This document shows, piece by piece, positions 39,316 through 51,900 of a stretch of DNA of 64,000 bases (position 1 is its first letter; the number at the start of each line of letters is the position of its first letter). Source of the stretch: Octopus vulgaris (lineage: Eukaryota). Under the pieces are notes generated by a model that had not been told where the DNA came from, did no database searches, and saw nothing but the letters and a program-made list of their open reading frames with translations. A program made the position numbers and the translations under genes. The stretch is from NCBI GenBank assembly GCA_951406725.2, contig OX597819.1, forward strand, positions 72,354,001 through 72,418,000, written 5' to 3'.

Positions 39316-40050
39316 TCACAGTCTGTCTAAGATTTCATGCTTTTCTTTTAGATTCATATCTTTGAACTTCCTGGCTTTCTTCTTGGACAAGATCTTTTGC
39401 TTCATCTCCTCAGCACTTACATTAACAAAGTTTAATGGATCACTAACATCAATTTCTTTAGGTTCTCTAACGGCTTTCACAAATGAAGGAGAACTGTCTA
39501 AGTCATCAAGAGGGATTTTTGTGATGTAGGATTTTGCTGTTCCAGCAACTTCGTTGTTTGATATATTAGCTTCTGCTTTAATCGACTCAATATCAGATTT
39601 GACCACTGCCACTATATCTGATTCCGCTTTCTCTGATTCTGCTTTCTCTGATTCCGCTTTCTCTGATTCACACTTTTCTGATTCACACTTTTCTGATTCA
39701 CACTTTTCTGATACTGCTTTCTCCGATTCCGCTCTCTCTGATTCTGCTTTCTCCGAGTCTCCTTTCTCCGATTCTGCTTTCTCCGATTCCCCTTTCACTG
39801 ATTCTGCTTTTTCTGATTCTGCTTTCTCCGATTCTACTTTCTCCGATTTAACCGATCCTGTTTTAATTGAATTCGTTTCTTGTTTGTCCGATTCAGATTT
39901 TTCTGATCCACTTTTGACAGATCCTGAATCAGTTGTCAATACAGGAACTGCATCAGGAATATCATATATTGCATCACTTTCAATATTCTTAACTTCACTT
40001 TCAACTTCTGATACAGTCACCCTTTCCACAGTAGGTTCATGTCCATTTTC
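39316..40050 (-). CDS. Terminal coding exon of an unidentified host gene (acidic, low complexity, SEKAE repeats)
   Basis: Strong acceptor tttttgtttacag|GAA (phase 0); open frame ENGHEPTVER...KEKHEILDRL* of 244 codons; phase-compatible with exon 42731-42846. Confidence 0.75.
   Translation of the reverse strand, partial: ENGHEPTVERVTVSEVESEVKNIESDAIYDIPDAVPVLTTDSGSVKSGSEKSESDKQETNSIKTGSVKSEKVESEKAESEKAESVKGESEKAESEKGDSEKAESERAESEKAVSEKCESEKCESEKCESEKAESEKAESEKAESDIVAVVKSDIESIKAEANISNNEVAGTAKSYITKIPLDDLDSSPSFVKAVREPKEIDVSDPLNFVNVSAEEMKQKILSKKKARKFKDMNLKEKHEILDRL
39617..39848 (-). repeat. Coding 15-bp tandem repeat (S-E-K-[A/C/G/V]-E)
   Basis: gattc(t/c)gctttctc(t/c) units with mostly third-position variation. 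Confidence 0.9.
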
Positions 40051-40380
40051 CTGTAAACAAAAAAAAAAGATTTTTTTTAATCAATTTACGTTTTGATTTT
40101 ACAAGTTTAACCCTTTTTCTATCATATTTCTGTTGAATTAAAACAAAGGCAGTGTTATTTCATTTTTAAAATAATGAATTTATCAAAATAATTCATTAAG
40201 CTGTTTAGATGCATAACATGAAACTAGTGAAAGGTTTTAATTTACTTTAAAACAAGAGGTTTACATCAAACAGCCAAAGGGTGGTCTCGGGCAGGTAGGT
40301 ATCAAAAGGGTTAAATAAAAAACATTTCAAGAAAAACAAAGATCCAGAAATGCTACTCACATGAAAAACAGGATCAAAGA

Positions 40381-40761
40381 GTACATTATTTACATTTGAC
40401 GGATATTTGTCATCTTATTTGTTAACACATTTTGGCTGATATACCCTCCAGCCTTCATCAAGTGTCTTGGGGAAATTTCGAACCTGGGTTCTCATTCTTA
40501 AGGTATTTTTCAATATTATTATTATAATTATTCAGGTTAATAGCACTATTCCAAGTTCGATTCCAGGCAGTGACCTGAATAATAATAACATTGAAAAATA
40601 CCTTAGGAATGAGAACCCAGGTTCTGAATTTCCCCAAGACACTTGATGAAGGCTGGAGGGTATATCAGCCAAAACGTGTTAACAACAAACAGGATGAGGA
40701 CAAATAACCATCAAATGTAAATAATGTACATAATTCCTCATCTCTTAAATACAGAACTGTA
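40381..40761. mobile_element. Palindromic hammerhead-bearing element, copy 2 (degenerate core)
   Basis: Same arms and tail as copy 1; core reads ttgatga...aaaacgtgtt; B-box gttcgattcc in the centre. Confidence 0.85.
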
Positions 40762-42289
40762 GGATCATATTTAATGCTCAGTCAAGCTAGACTGAAATAT
40801 CTAATTTTCATCTGACCAAGCATTGCACTCCCAGAACAGTTTGCTGTTTTCATAACCATAATTCTATATTTACCAGAATGTGTGTGACTAGTTCAGTTTC
40901 CATAGCAGTAAAAGTAGAAAAGTGCAAAAATACACACATCCTCCTAATAATGTAACTCCCAGTCCAAAATGAAATGCATATTTATTTACTTTAAAGAGTT
41001 TTTGCTATGTAAGGCTGGAACCATACAAGAAGATAAAGTAAACTACAAAAACAAAAAATGAAGTAAGTTTTGCCTTATATTTCTATATTTTAGGGCAATG
41101 ATCCCTTCTTTAGATCATTTGGGAAAGTGAAGGATGTTAAGGTCACTGCTCAAGAGTATGGGGAAGAGGGAGGTGACATGCACAGACTGGTGTTGCTATA
41201 GTAACTAAACCTGCTTCATGTAGTTCCTGCCTGTTTATGGCTGGTCTCTGTTGATAAGGAGGGCCTCCATGATTCTGAGATTATTCTTGCTGACTAATAG
41301 ATACCTTGAAATCCTAGGTCTGGCACTTTAGGTGTTTTTTTAAATGAAGTGTCTATGTGCAGATATTCTTTTATTCACATGCGCAATTTATTTACACAAA
41401 ATTCGGTAAAGAATTTTCTCCTAAGACTATTCCTGTAATGGAAGATCTTATATCCCGATTATACTTCAATCATGTTGAACATGACTTCCCATGAATATTT
41501 TTTATTCAGTGTTGCATCATGTGACCTTATGTAATGATTTATTTATTAATGATTTAATTATTTAAAGGCAGTCTAGACTTAAGAGAAAATTACCAGTGAA
41601 ATTTCAGTGTCATCATCATTTAACATCCATTGTCCATACTGGTATGGACTGGACAGTTTGGCCAGGGCTGGCAAGCTGGGATGCTGCACCAGTCTCCAGT
41701 CTGTTTTTGGCATGGTTTCTACAGTTGGATGCCATTCCTAACACCAACCATTCTGAGTGCCACCAACATGGGTGCCATTTGTATGACACCGGTATCTGTC
41801 ACAACTGCAATTTTGCTCAGCTTGTGTCTTAAGCCTGACATAATGCCAAAGGTCCCCATCATTGCCCCCGTGGGACCCAACACTCAAAAGGAACTTGGCC
41901 ACTTTGCCTCCGTGGGGTCCAACGCTTGAAAGGAACTCAGCCACTTTGCCTCTGTGAGGCCCAATGCTCAAATGGTGCACTTTACATGCCTACGCTACGC
42001 CATGGGTGCCAGTTATGTAACACCAACATCAGCCATGACTACAATTTCCCTTTGCTTGACAGGTCTTCTCAAGCACAGCATATCACCAAAGGTCTGTCAC
42101 TGGTCATTGCCTCTGTGAGGCTCAAAGTTTGAAGATCATGCTTCACCACTAAATTGAGCACAAATCCCACTGAGACAAGAAACCAATGTCTAGGAATTGA
42201 CATAATTATATGTGAATACAACAGACTTAAGTGTAATCAGCATACCTGGGCATGTAAAAGTGTTGTGGTTATCACTAATTATTTCCTAG

Positions 42290-42640
42290 TCATGGCCAAT
42301 GCCAGTGCCGTCTGACTGGCACCCATGCCAGTGGCATGTAAGAAGCACTGATGGAGGCAGTGACAGGTGACCAAGACTCTTGGCGATATACCATGTTTGT
42401 GCTTACCTGTCAAGCCAAGTGAGATTGTAGTCATGGCCGATGCCAGGTCAATGGCACCTATGCTGGTGACACGTAAAAAGCACCCACTACACTCTCAGAC
42501 TGGTTGGTGTTAGGAAAGGCATCCAGCCATAGAAACCTTGCCAAATCAGATCGGAACCTGGTGCAGCTCTGGCTTACCAGGTCCAGCCAAGCTGTCCAAC
42601 CCATGCAAGCATGGAAAGCAGACGTTAATGATGATGATGC
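42290..42640 (+). mobile_element. Retroposon family C ((GAT)n tail, internal ~57-bp tandem units)
   Basis: ggtgttaggaaaggcatccagcc...ccaacccatgcaagcatggaaagcagacgttaatgatgatg. Copies at 41605-42150(-), 52020-52378, 54050-54381, 57320-57605, 63800-63975(-). Confidence 0.75.
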
Positions 42641-42730
42641 ACAGGTTTCTATCAAAACCACCATCTTAATAGGTCAATAATTTAAGCTAAAACCAACACA
42701 AATTAAATATAAATTTCTTTTTTTACTTAC

Positions 42731-42846
42731 AATAAGTTCTGGGGGAGGTGCAGGAAGGTCCTCACTCAGTCCATTGGTTATCAAAGTGGTACCAGAGGCA
42801 ATTCCTTGGCTGGTGGTCTCACCTGTCTCAGCATTTTGTTTTGTCT
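42731..42846 (-). CDS. Internal coding exon of the minus-strand host gene
   Basis: Acceptor ttctttgttttcag|AG and donor ATT|gtaagt; 116 nt, phase 1 to 0; xTKQNAETGETTSQGIASGTTLITNGLSEDLPAPPPELI. Confidence 0.72.
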
Positions 42847-43913
42847 CTGAAAACAAAGAAAACTAATGTATAATACAGAGTTTTTGTTTGATTGCTTTTT
42901 CTTTTTAAAAACTTTTCCAAGTTTGTCATTGCATATGACCATGCTGGGGCACCCCCTCGAAGTGTTTTGGCCAATCACTAAGTCCCAGGACCTATTTTAA
43001 AGTTTGATACCTATCCATTTGGTTTTTTGTTAAACAACTAAGTTACAAGAGGACATAATACCAGTTGCCAAACAGTGAAACACACACACACTTTGGTCAG
43101 CCCAGTAACATAGAAACTTAGCCAAGGTACCAGAGTGAAACTGAACCCAAGACCCTGTGGCAGTGAAGTAAACTTAACCACAGTTATGCCCATATCTATA
43201 TTGACTGACATTAAGAAAACTAATTCAGTTTGATTAAAAGGTAGTTATGTAATTTCCTTAGATGAGGTGAAGAATTTAAAGTAAACCTTAAGATCTTCCT
43301 AAGAATGTTTTGAGTTTATATTTAAAATTTGGACTAAGAAAAAAATCTTAGGTCTACTACCTTAGTACCCAATATAAAGTACATCTGAACACAATACCTA
43401 CTAAAAATACATTTGAGCATGGTACCTACAACAAACAATACTTTGAGAGCAGTTTCTGACAGAGAGCGCATCTGATGTACCTAACTGCTAATTTTGTCAA
43501 AATAAATACAAGAATTGAAATTTAAAGGAAGAAAATTGCCATCAGAATTAAAGTTATTGCAAAATAAGTTGGTGACAGTTAGGATGTTTGGCCATAGAAA
43601 AATCTACCTTAAGCTCCCCCCGACGCATGCAAGCCTGGAAAAGTGAATGTAAAAATGATAGTGGTGATGCAGGAGCATAGCATATTTTCAAACTAAACTT
43701 AAGGCTTCTCAAATGATGAAGGAAAAATAACTTTCAGTAATTCTAAAAACAGTGTTTATAAGTTGGCCAACGCTAAATTGGCAGAAATTAGTTGAATGTT
43801 ATGAACTGAAAAGGAAAAGGCAAAAAAAAAAATTCGAAATTACTTTTTTCCAAGAAAAATTAGCATTTGTAATATATTAAGGTGTGCTCAAGTCAGTCAA
43901 CTGTATCAACTTT

Positions 43914-44335
43914 ATTTACATTATTTATATTTGACAGATATTTGTCTTCAACTTGTTAACACATTTCGGCTGATATATTCTCCAGCCTTCATCAGGTGTC
44001 TTGGGGAAATTTCAAACCTGGGAGCTCATTCCTAAGGTATTTTTCGATATTATTATTATTCAGGTCACTGCCATATGCCTGTGGGCATATGGCGTAGTGG
44101 TTAAGAGCACGGGCTACTAATCCCAAGATTCTGAGTTCGATTCCAGGTAGTGACCTGAATAATATCCAAAAATACCTTAGGAATGAGAGCCCAAGTTCGA
44201 AATTTCCCCAAGACACCTGATGAAGGCTGGAGAGTATATCAGCTGAAACATCGTGTTAACAAACAAGATGAGAACAAATATCCGTCAAATGTAAATAATG
44301 TACATAATTCCTCATCTCTTAAATATAGAACTGTA
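43914..44335 (+). mobile_element. Palindromic hammerhead-bearing element, copy 3, with intact tRNA-derived head and 10-bp TSD
   Basis: TSD tatcaacttt (43904-43913, 44336-44345). A-box TGGCGTAGTGG at 44090-44100, B-box GAGTTCGATTCC at 44133-44144, hammerhead gacac-CTGATGA..GAAA-ca-TC-gtgtt at 44212-44257. Confidence 0.87.
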
Positions 44336-47300
44336 TATCAACTTTCTTCAAATAAAATCTTGTTTAGTTTGAAAAATATGAGTTATATTCCTGCATCATC
44401 ACTAATTTTAACATCCACTTTTCCAGGCTTGCATAGGACAGAGGGAGCCTAAGGTAGATCTTTCTATGGCCAAACACCCTTACTATCTGTCATCAACCCT
44501 CACTGTTTGCAAGCAAGGCACGTTTTTCAAGGAAGACTTCAAATCAAGGATACCACTTGTATGATGGTGTGCAGAATAATTTGAAGTCGGAATGTGCTTA
44601 ACTTTGTCAAGACAAAGATATATGCAAATACACTTGCATGCACACAGGCATGCACACTACACGTAATGAGCTTTTTTACCATTCATTTCAACTGATTTTT
44701 AAAATAATGAATTTAATAAAAATAACCATTATTTAGCTGGTGTTTTGAAAATAAATTTACATGGAATTTTGATGAAAGGTTTAAATTCAACCCTATAGCA
44801 TTCAAACTGGCGATACCCAAGCAATATTCTTGTTTTATGGTCAAAGCAGCCAGATCTAGCCTCTCACACCTACCCTACAATGTAATTCTAAAAATAAATC
44901 ACATCTTTGAAATCTTTTGGCTACAAGATAATTCATGATTAATCTAAATCAATGTGACTAAATCTATATTTAACAAATCACTTTAACCCTTTCGTTACTG
45001 TAGTTAGAAATGCTCTGTGTTCCTTTCAATTAATTTGAAATATAGCAAAGAATTTAGTAAAATAACTTATGTTCCTAACACTAGCTTCATGATAAACTGT
45101 GATTAAGGTTTGGTGGAAGATTTTAATTCAGAACTTATGAAAACAAGACATTTGTACTACAGAGCCAGAGGAGGTTTCAGCCAGGTTGGTATCAAAAGGG
45201 TTAAGAATTGTTTCTTTATTATATATTTTAACCCTTTTGTTACTGCATTTATTTTGAGATGCTTCAAGTTTCTTTCAATTAATTTTAAATATAACAAAGA
45301 ATTTAGTAAAATAACTCAGTTATCATTCAGCTAGTGTTAGGAACAAATTGTGACAAAGGTTTGATAGATTTTAATTCAAAACTTGCGAAAAGACATTTGT
45401 ACTCAGAGCTGGTTTCAGCCAGGTTGGTAATAAAAGGGTCAAAACAAAGTTTGTATCATAGAAGTGAGGGGCAGTATCAGGTAAGTTGGTATCAAAAGGG
45501 TTAAACCAAGTCATATTACTCAAACTGTTTTTGAGTGTCTAAACAGAAATAGATGCACTTCCCACTTTATGGTCAAGTAGTGAACCTTTGGAATAACCCC
45601 ACTAGAAGGAGGGAAGGTGTTTTAGGATGGCTGTGTGGTTAAGAAGCTTGCTTTACAACCATGTCACTTCATGTTCAGTCCTGTTGTGTAGTACCTTGAA
45701 AAAGCATCTATAGCCTTGGGCCAACCAATGCCTTACAAATGGATTTGATAGAGAGTATGCGAGTGTGGGAGCGTCACTTGACAACTGGGCTTGGTTTGTT
45801 TACATCCCCATGACTTAGTTTGCCAAAAGAGACTGACAGAAGTATCAAACTTAAAAATAAGTCCTGGGGCCAAGTTGCTTGACTAAACCCTTCAAGGTGG
45901 TGCCCCAGCATGGCCACAGTCCAATAACAGAAACAAGCAAAACAAGAATTCTAAAAATTAAATGATGTAGAACCATTTTGGAGTTACATTAGTATAGAAA
46001 ATTGACATGTATTAATGGAGTTGATCACTATGACAACACTATTGATACATCGAAATGATCAGCTAATTGAAAAGTTTTCAATCAAGACTATCAAGAGCTC
46101 AATAGTGTTCAATTAACTGTTTGTTTATTTTTGGTGGGTATTTTCCTGATATTGTCTCTTTACTGTTATGGCTTGTATTAAGATCAATCAACAGTGAAAA
46201 TGTATCTGAAATGGCTTCGGGATGTGTGTGCAGGGGAGAAAAGAGTGGGAAAGAACCTGTTGAACTAAAATCATTCAACTGCAACAAGGAGTTAAAGTAA
46301 ATAATGTAATGTTTATTTGTGATTGATTCAGAGTTTAATCAGTTAAATGTTGATAAATCACATGTTAATGGATGTCAGTCATTAGTTTTAATAATCCAGG
46401 GTTTAAAAAAAAAGAAAAATGAACATAATGTGAATTAATAGAATAACATGAAGCACTAATAAGGATGGCTAAATATATTTACTGTATTTTCCAGCAGATA
46501 TTTTGACCTTTCCAGAACATAATTTATAGGCAAAAGAGGTAGACTTGTCCTTGAAGACATCTTTGGAAAAATATAAATTTCATGTGAAATGCATCAAGAT
46601 TAGGGAAGATAGTGTAAACAAACACCATCACTATGTTGACTTGTCTGTTGCAAACCCTGTTTGTGATGGCATGTTGAGGGAGAAATATCTTTGTATTTGC
46701 ATTGTCTTAAATTACTTATTCTCAGGTAAATTAGATAGAAACTGACCTACCTTCTAAATTCAATTCTTTCATTAACATATGAGCCTCAATTTTCTTTGAC
46801 AAAATATGTATTTCTCTTTGCAGAGACAGTTTTTAACCCTTTAGCATTCAGCTTACTCAGCATTACCCATTTATTCACACAAATTCTGAATTAATTATGC
46901 ACTATTTTGTAGCTTTGAGATTCAATGTGTTTAATTTTAGAATTACATTGTGGGGTAGGTGTGAGAGACTGGATCTGACCAGTTTGAACTAACTAAAAGG
47001 TTATCTTTTGTCCACAGGAAATGAAAAGTTAATGAGCACAAGTTTGATACACATGCATGATAGGTGTTTAAGTTCAATGTCATGTCCATTTCTCCATACC
47101 AGCATAAGTTAGATGAATATATTAATAATGCATTGTTTTACAGCCAGATGGGCTTTGTTCAACCTGAGGTTACAGTAGAAACCACTTCTCCAAACTGCCA
47201 TGCACTAGAACTGAACCTGAAACAACATGGTCGGGGAACAAACTTCTGAACTACAGCCATACTTGTGCCTTTCTGAATAAAAACATGGTTACTCTTTGAG

Positions 47301-48924
47301 AAATGTTTCCAGCTCAAAACCAGTCTGGCATGAGGTACACATTCTGAAGTAAGATAACTGATGGGTAGAGGAGGTCAGACCAATCAAAACTAGGTGGATA
47401 TAAATATTCTATTTCATCTCTAAAAATGTGATGTGTAGCTCAAAAAATGCATCTCAAACATTTAATCTAAAAGGAAGTACTTCAGCAGAAAGTCAAATAA
47501 CAACAGGTAGTCCTTTGCATGTTTAAAAGGAATGGGATACAATTAGGTTCTGCCAACTTTTCGATACAAAGATATTTTTAAAAAATAAAACTGGGTCTTT
47601 GACAACAGTTTTAACACCCATTTTATTTTCCCATTACTGACCTATAACACAACATGCCTTTATGTACCCTCATGCTATACCTAATCTATAAGTCCCAACT
47701 GTCTCTGATCTGGCTAAACTATTTTATATTCTCTGTCTATCAGTGACTTTTCATAGTCAAATGAAGATATTTTTTTCTTTTTCCTTTTCACCAAGCATGT
47801 CCAAACCAGTGTAACCAGTTTCTTTTATACCACAATACTTCTGACACCCAACCATGTTCTCAATCCAACTTGCACTCACCCCATTTTATAAATTAATCAT
47901 GCACATCTGACAAATCTCATTCCATTTATTTTCAACAGCTGTAATTCTATACCCAAGTTCCACTTTTCTCACACAAATTGAGTTTTGTCTTGTTAAACAT
48001 GTGTTGTTAACAGGTTAGAAACCTAATTTGTTCTACAGAGACATTAAAATATTTTTAATAAATGTGATAACTTGTACCTTCTAATAAATTTGTGAAAGCA
48101 GCAAGAAACACAAGAAAGGGGGGGTTGGCAACACTACAAAGCCACCAAAATCAACCTAACTCAATGAAAAAATACAAAATTTACACTAAATGACTTGAAA
48201 AAAAAGAAAAAAAAAAGCATTTATGAAGTCTAAAAGGGTAATGATCAGTTTATTACTTTCAAAAATTATTTAGACATAGGATATCACTGCTTTGAACAAC
48301 TATGCTTCCATGCTTTGCACAAGCCAAATGAAATTTGTTGAGGCAGATTTTCTGTGGCTGAATGCCTTTTCTATCATCAAACCTACATTTGTTTTCAAGT
48401 GAAGTTGCTGCAGAAGACTAACAATGAATGACATTGCTTGCATAACAGTGACACTCAAGTACAGCTCTTGTGATGTCAAAACAAGACACAAACTTACACG
48501 ATGTTCTTTCAGTTTCTGTCTAGCAAATCCAATCACAAGATTTTGGTTAGTCCAGAGTACAGGTGGAGACACTTGCTGAGCATGCCACATAGTGGGACTG
48601 AATCCAAAACCATATGGCTGGGAAACAAACTTAGCCGCATCTGCATGCATATATATATATATATATATATATATAGCTAAATTATGAGATAAACCTCAAG
48701 TAGAAGAACTGGTTTGAACAAAAATTTATAGGTTACACTATAAAAGAGAATGAAATAAAAATAACATTACAAGAAAATACTAACACAAATAATTGAGACA
48801 TTTTTTCCAAGCATTCATGCTTAATTTCTCAGACATTCATATTTTATAATTTAGATAAATTATGAATAATATTTAAATAATTCAAAGTAATAAAAAAAAT
48901 CATAAAGTCGGCTCAACAAAGTAC

Positions 48925-48960
48925 CTGCAGAGTAGCTAAAGATCTGGATGAAATGAGGCC
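48925..48960 (-). CDS. Candidate 36-nt exon (GLISSRSLATLQ)
   Basis: ttttttgtactag| ... CAG|gtactt, symmetric and open in phase 0. Splice signals are the only support. Confidence 0.3.
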
Positions 48961-51900
48961 CTAGTACAAAAAATGACTATTGTATTTAATAGTGTAGGAG
49001 TTGTGCTAATTTATACTTGATTTTAACTGGAAAAAAACTAGTGTGTCCCTTAGATACAGCAAAGTTATGATTGGGTGGAGTGGGGGCGAAATTTTGTACC
49101 AAGATTGAACACCAAATTAGGGGCACAACTTCTTCAAAAGTAAATATAGTAGTTTAATTGGCTTTACTGAAAATACATTCAACGTACAGATACAATTCAT
49201 GGAGTTTAGCAGCAGATGAAATATTGTATAATTGAAAAATTATCAGCTTGCATGCTAAGATAAACACCCTTATGGAAACTGAGCTAAATTCTGTTTCTTT
49301 TAAACCCTTTGGTACCAAACAGTATATTTCTAATTAACAGATTTAATTAGAAAGCAAAGAATGTTGATAATTATTAACCTTCTGTTTTTCAAGCGTTTTT
49401 AAAAAGTTTTTTCTAGATATTGCTTTATTTTAACTCATTGTTATGAACCTTTCTAAGGCTATCCTAGGCTCTCTGATGTAAACTTGTTTTAATGTCATTT
49501 AAATTAAAACCTCTCATCAAAATTTCATGTTAGATTATGTTCCAAATGCCAGCTTAATGACAAAATTATTTTATTAGATTATTTTCAAAGTAAACTGAAA
49601 CAAAGAATTTCAATAGAAATATGGAGACAAAAAGGATTCTGACAAGATTGAAAGGGTGTGATGCTTATTGAATAGACTAAGCTACAGATACAACACAAAT
49701 TTGTGAAAATCAGAACAAAACATTAATTTTAATTGGAAAAACTGAATCAGTACCCTTTGAGCATCTGATGAGCAATCAACACTTGAAAAATATGAGCATA
49801 GAGGGAATTCTTGAGAGCAGCAATTGTGGAAAAAATTAGTATGTAAAATGATTGGTGTAGGGAAATGGGAAGGAATAACAAGAAGAGTGCCAGGGGAAAT
49901 GTGGAAGATAAATTTAATTCAGAAGTTTATTGTGGCTGAGAGTAAAAAGAAGCAAAAACAGCATCTGTAAGCCATTGGTTGTTAGTAACTGTCTCAATCT
50001 TTCTTATTGAGAGAAAAGGTAAGAGAAGGAAATGAGGAAAACAGCATGAGAGCTGACAGTAGCCATGACATCATGACTGACAAAAGCAACCACCAGCAGA
50101 GACAGATATATTAATCTGGAACCAAAGAGACCAATTAAATAATCTCGTAAAAGTAAATGGTAATTGCAAAATGCCAGATTTTAGGTGACCATTAACTGTA
50201 AATGGGAAGAGCATCTACAAATTGACACAGCAGATCTAAGTGATTAAAACATTTACAGTGACAATTACTGGGAATTAATGTCAATTTAATATGCCTGCTT
50301 TAGATCATAAAACTAAGGTTGTTTCGCGTTTTCTTTTTTAAATTCCCCACTTTTATATCCTTACTGGGAGGTAAAATATTCATGATATTTTTCAAAAACT
50401 TTTTATATATATATTTTGTATAACATTTACAATTTCTGATCAAAATCACAAGGATTCTTTATTTTAGTTGAAGGACTCAACTCCAGTCTCTTTTTTTTTT
50501 TTGTATTATTGTAAAGCCTGGTGACATGTAGCAAACTTGTAAGACACTGCCAATGCAGTGGGATTGAACTGGAAACCATGTAGTTGCATAGCACACTTAT
50601 AAAACACATTGCCCTATCTGCACTTATTGGATAATCAACCATGGGCAGTGACAAGGTGAACCTCTATTTGCACAATGAAGAGAGTAATATCTATTCCATT
50701 AAGCAATGGTGGAAGGAGATATTTGTGCTGTTTGGAGTAATACTATAATACTAACTGGTTGTATGGTGGGTCTATATTAACACCTCTCCCACTAGGTTAA
50801 TTTCAACTATAAAAGACAATTTCTCTCAATCCTGTTTTCTTGAGTAAACGTTAGTCACTGTCTAAAAATTTGGGTGTGCTTTGTACACTTGACATGCTAG
50901 ATATGTGAAATGGTTCACACCAGTGCACATTATTTCATATGATGCCTGGTTGCATTTAGCACAAAACAATCAGGAGTTTCCAGCCAGTACTAAAAGCCTA
51001 CTACCACATCTCAAATTCGGTTTCTTTTACTCCCAGGTGACTTGACTGAGCAGATCTACAATCAAATTAGTTCAAAACATGACTAATTGTTTTCTTTTGT
51101 TTTTTGGCAGAAGACATTGTGCATCTAGAACATTATCCAGTGCGTGTGCGTGTGTGTTGTAAGGTTGTAATCCAAGCTGTAGGGTGTAATCCAAGGAAGA
51201 TTTTTTTTAGCTGCTCTTTTTCAGATTGGTTTCTCTCTGACATGGTTATACAGCATGGTGGCTTGCCTCATCAAATCAACATCTTTGCTTGACTACTCAC
51301 TATTGTTGCTGGTTACATTTTATTGCAACAGTGGCACCCACACATAGGAATGAAAGACACATCAAGTATATAAAGTTGTGATAATGTCAGAGCAAGGGGT
51401 AAACTCATTTCAATCATGATTACAGCTATCAGGATTCATCATTATTAACCCCTAGACATTGCTGACTCGAGTCCTAAGACTCATAGAGCTATAGGGCTCC
51501 TAGTTATTTGGTTTCAAATGGCATAGACCAAGATAACATTCCTCCTGAACAGGGCCACCAGTCCATCATAGGATTACTTAGTTACAATCAAGTGAAATGA
51601 AGTGTTTTATTCAAGAACACAATGCACCACTTGACCTGGGAATTGAAACCACAATCTTGCAATCATGAGTATCAGAATTGGCAAAATTTAAATCACGAAC
51701 CCCAATTGATTTTTTGTTTTGGTCAGTCCCTGCAGGAGCTCCTCACCATTTTAGACAGGGAATGCAACAAGCATTTTGCTATATAAGGGAGTTCATTCTT
51801 GAAGTTTTGAATATTTGTTCATGTAATTCAACACCACAATCTGGTTTCTTACATTTCAGAAACTATGTAAAGCAAAGCCATAATTGTTTCTTCAAGCTTT

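Noticed and set aside
39554-40096. 180-aa plus-strand ORF (SDSAF repeats)
   Set aside because: Antisense shadow of the repetitive minus-strand exon, which has the splice signals.
43427-43481. Possible 55-nt phase 0-to-1 exon (VHQMRSLSETALKVLFVV) on the minus strand
   Set aside because: The phase would fit, but the acceptor lacks a polypyrimidine tract; too weak to call.
44083-44156. Genuine tRNA gene
   Set aside because: The acceptor and anticodon stems pair poorly, there is no oligo-T terminator, and it is embedded in a repeated element; treated as a tRNA-derived head.
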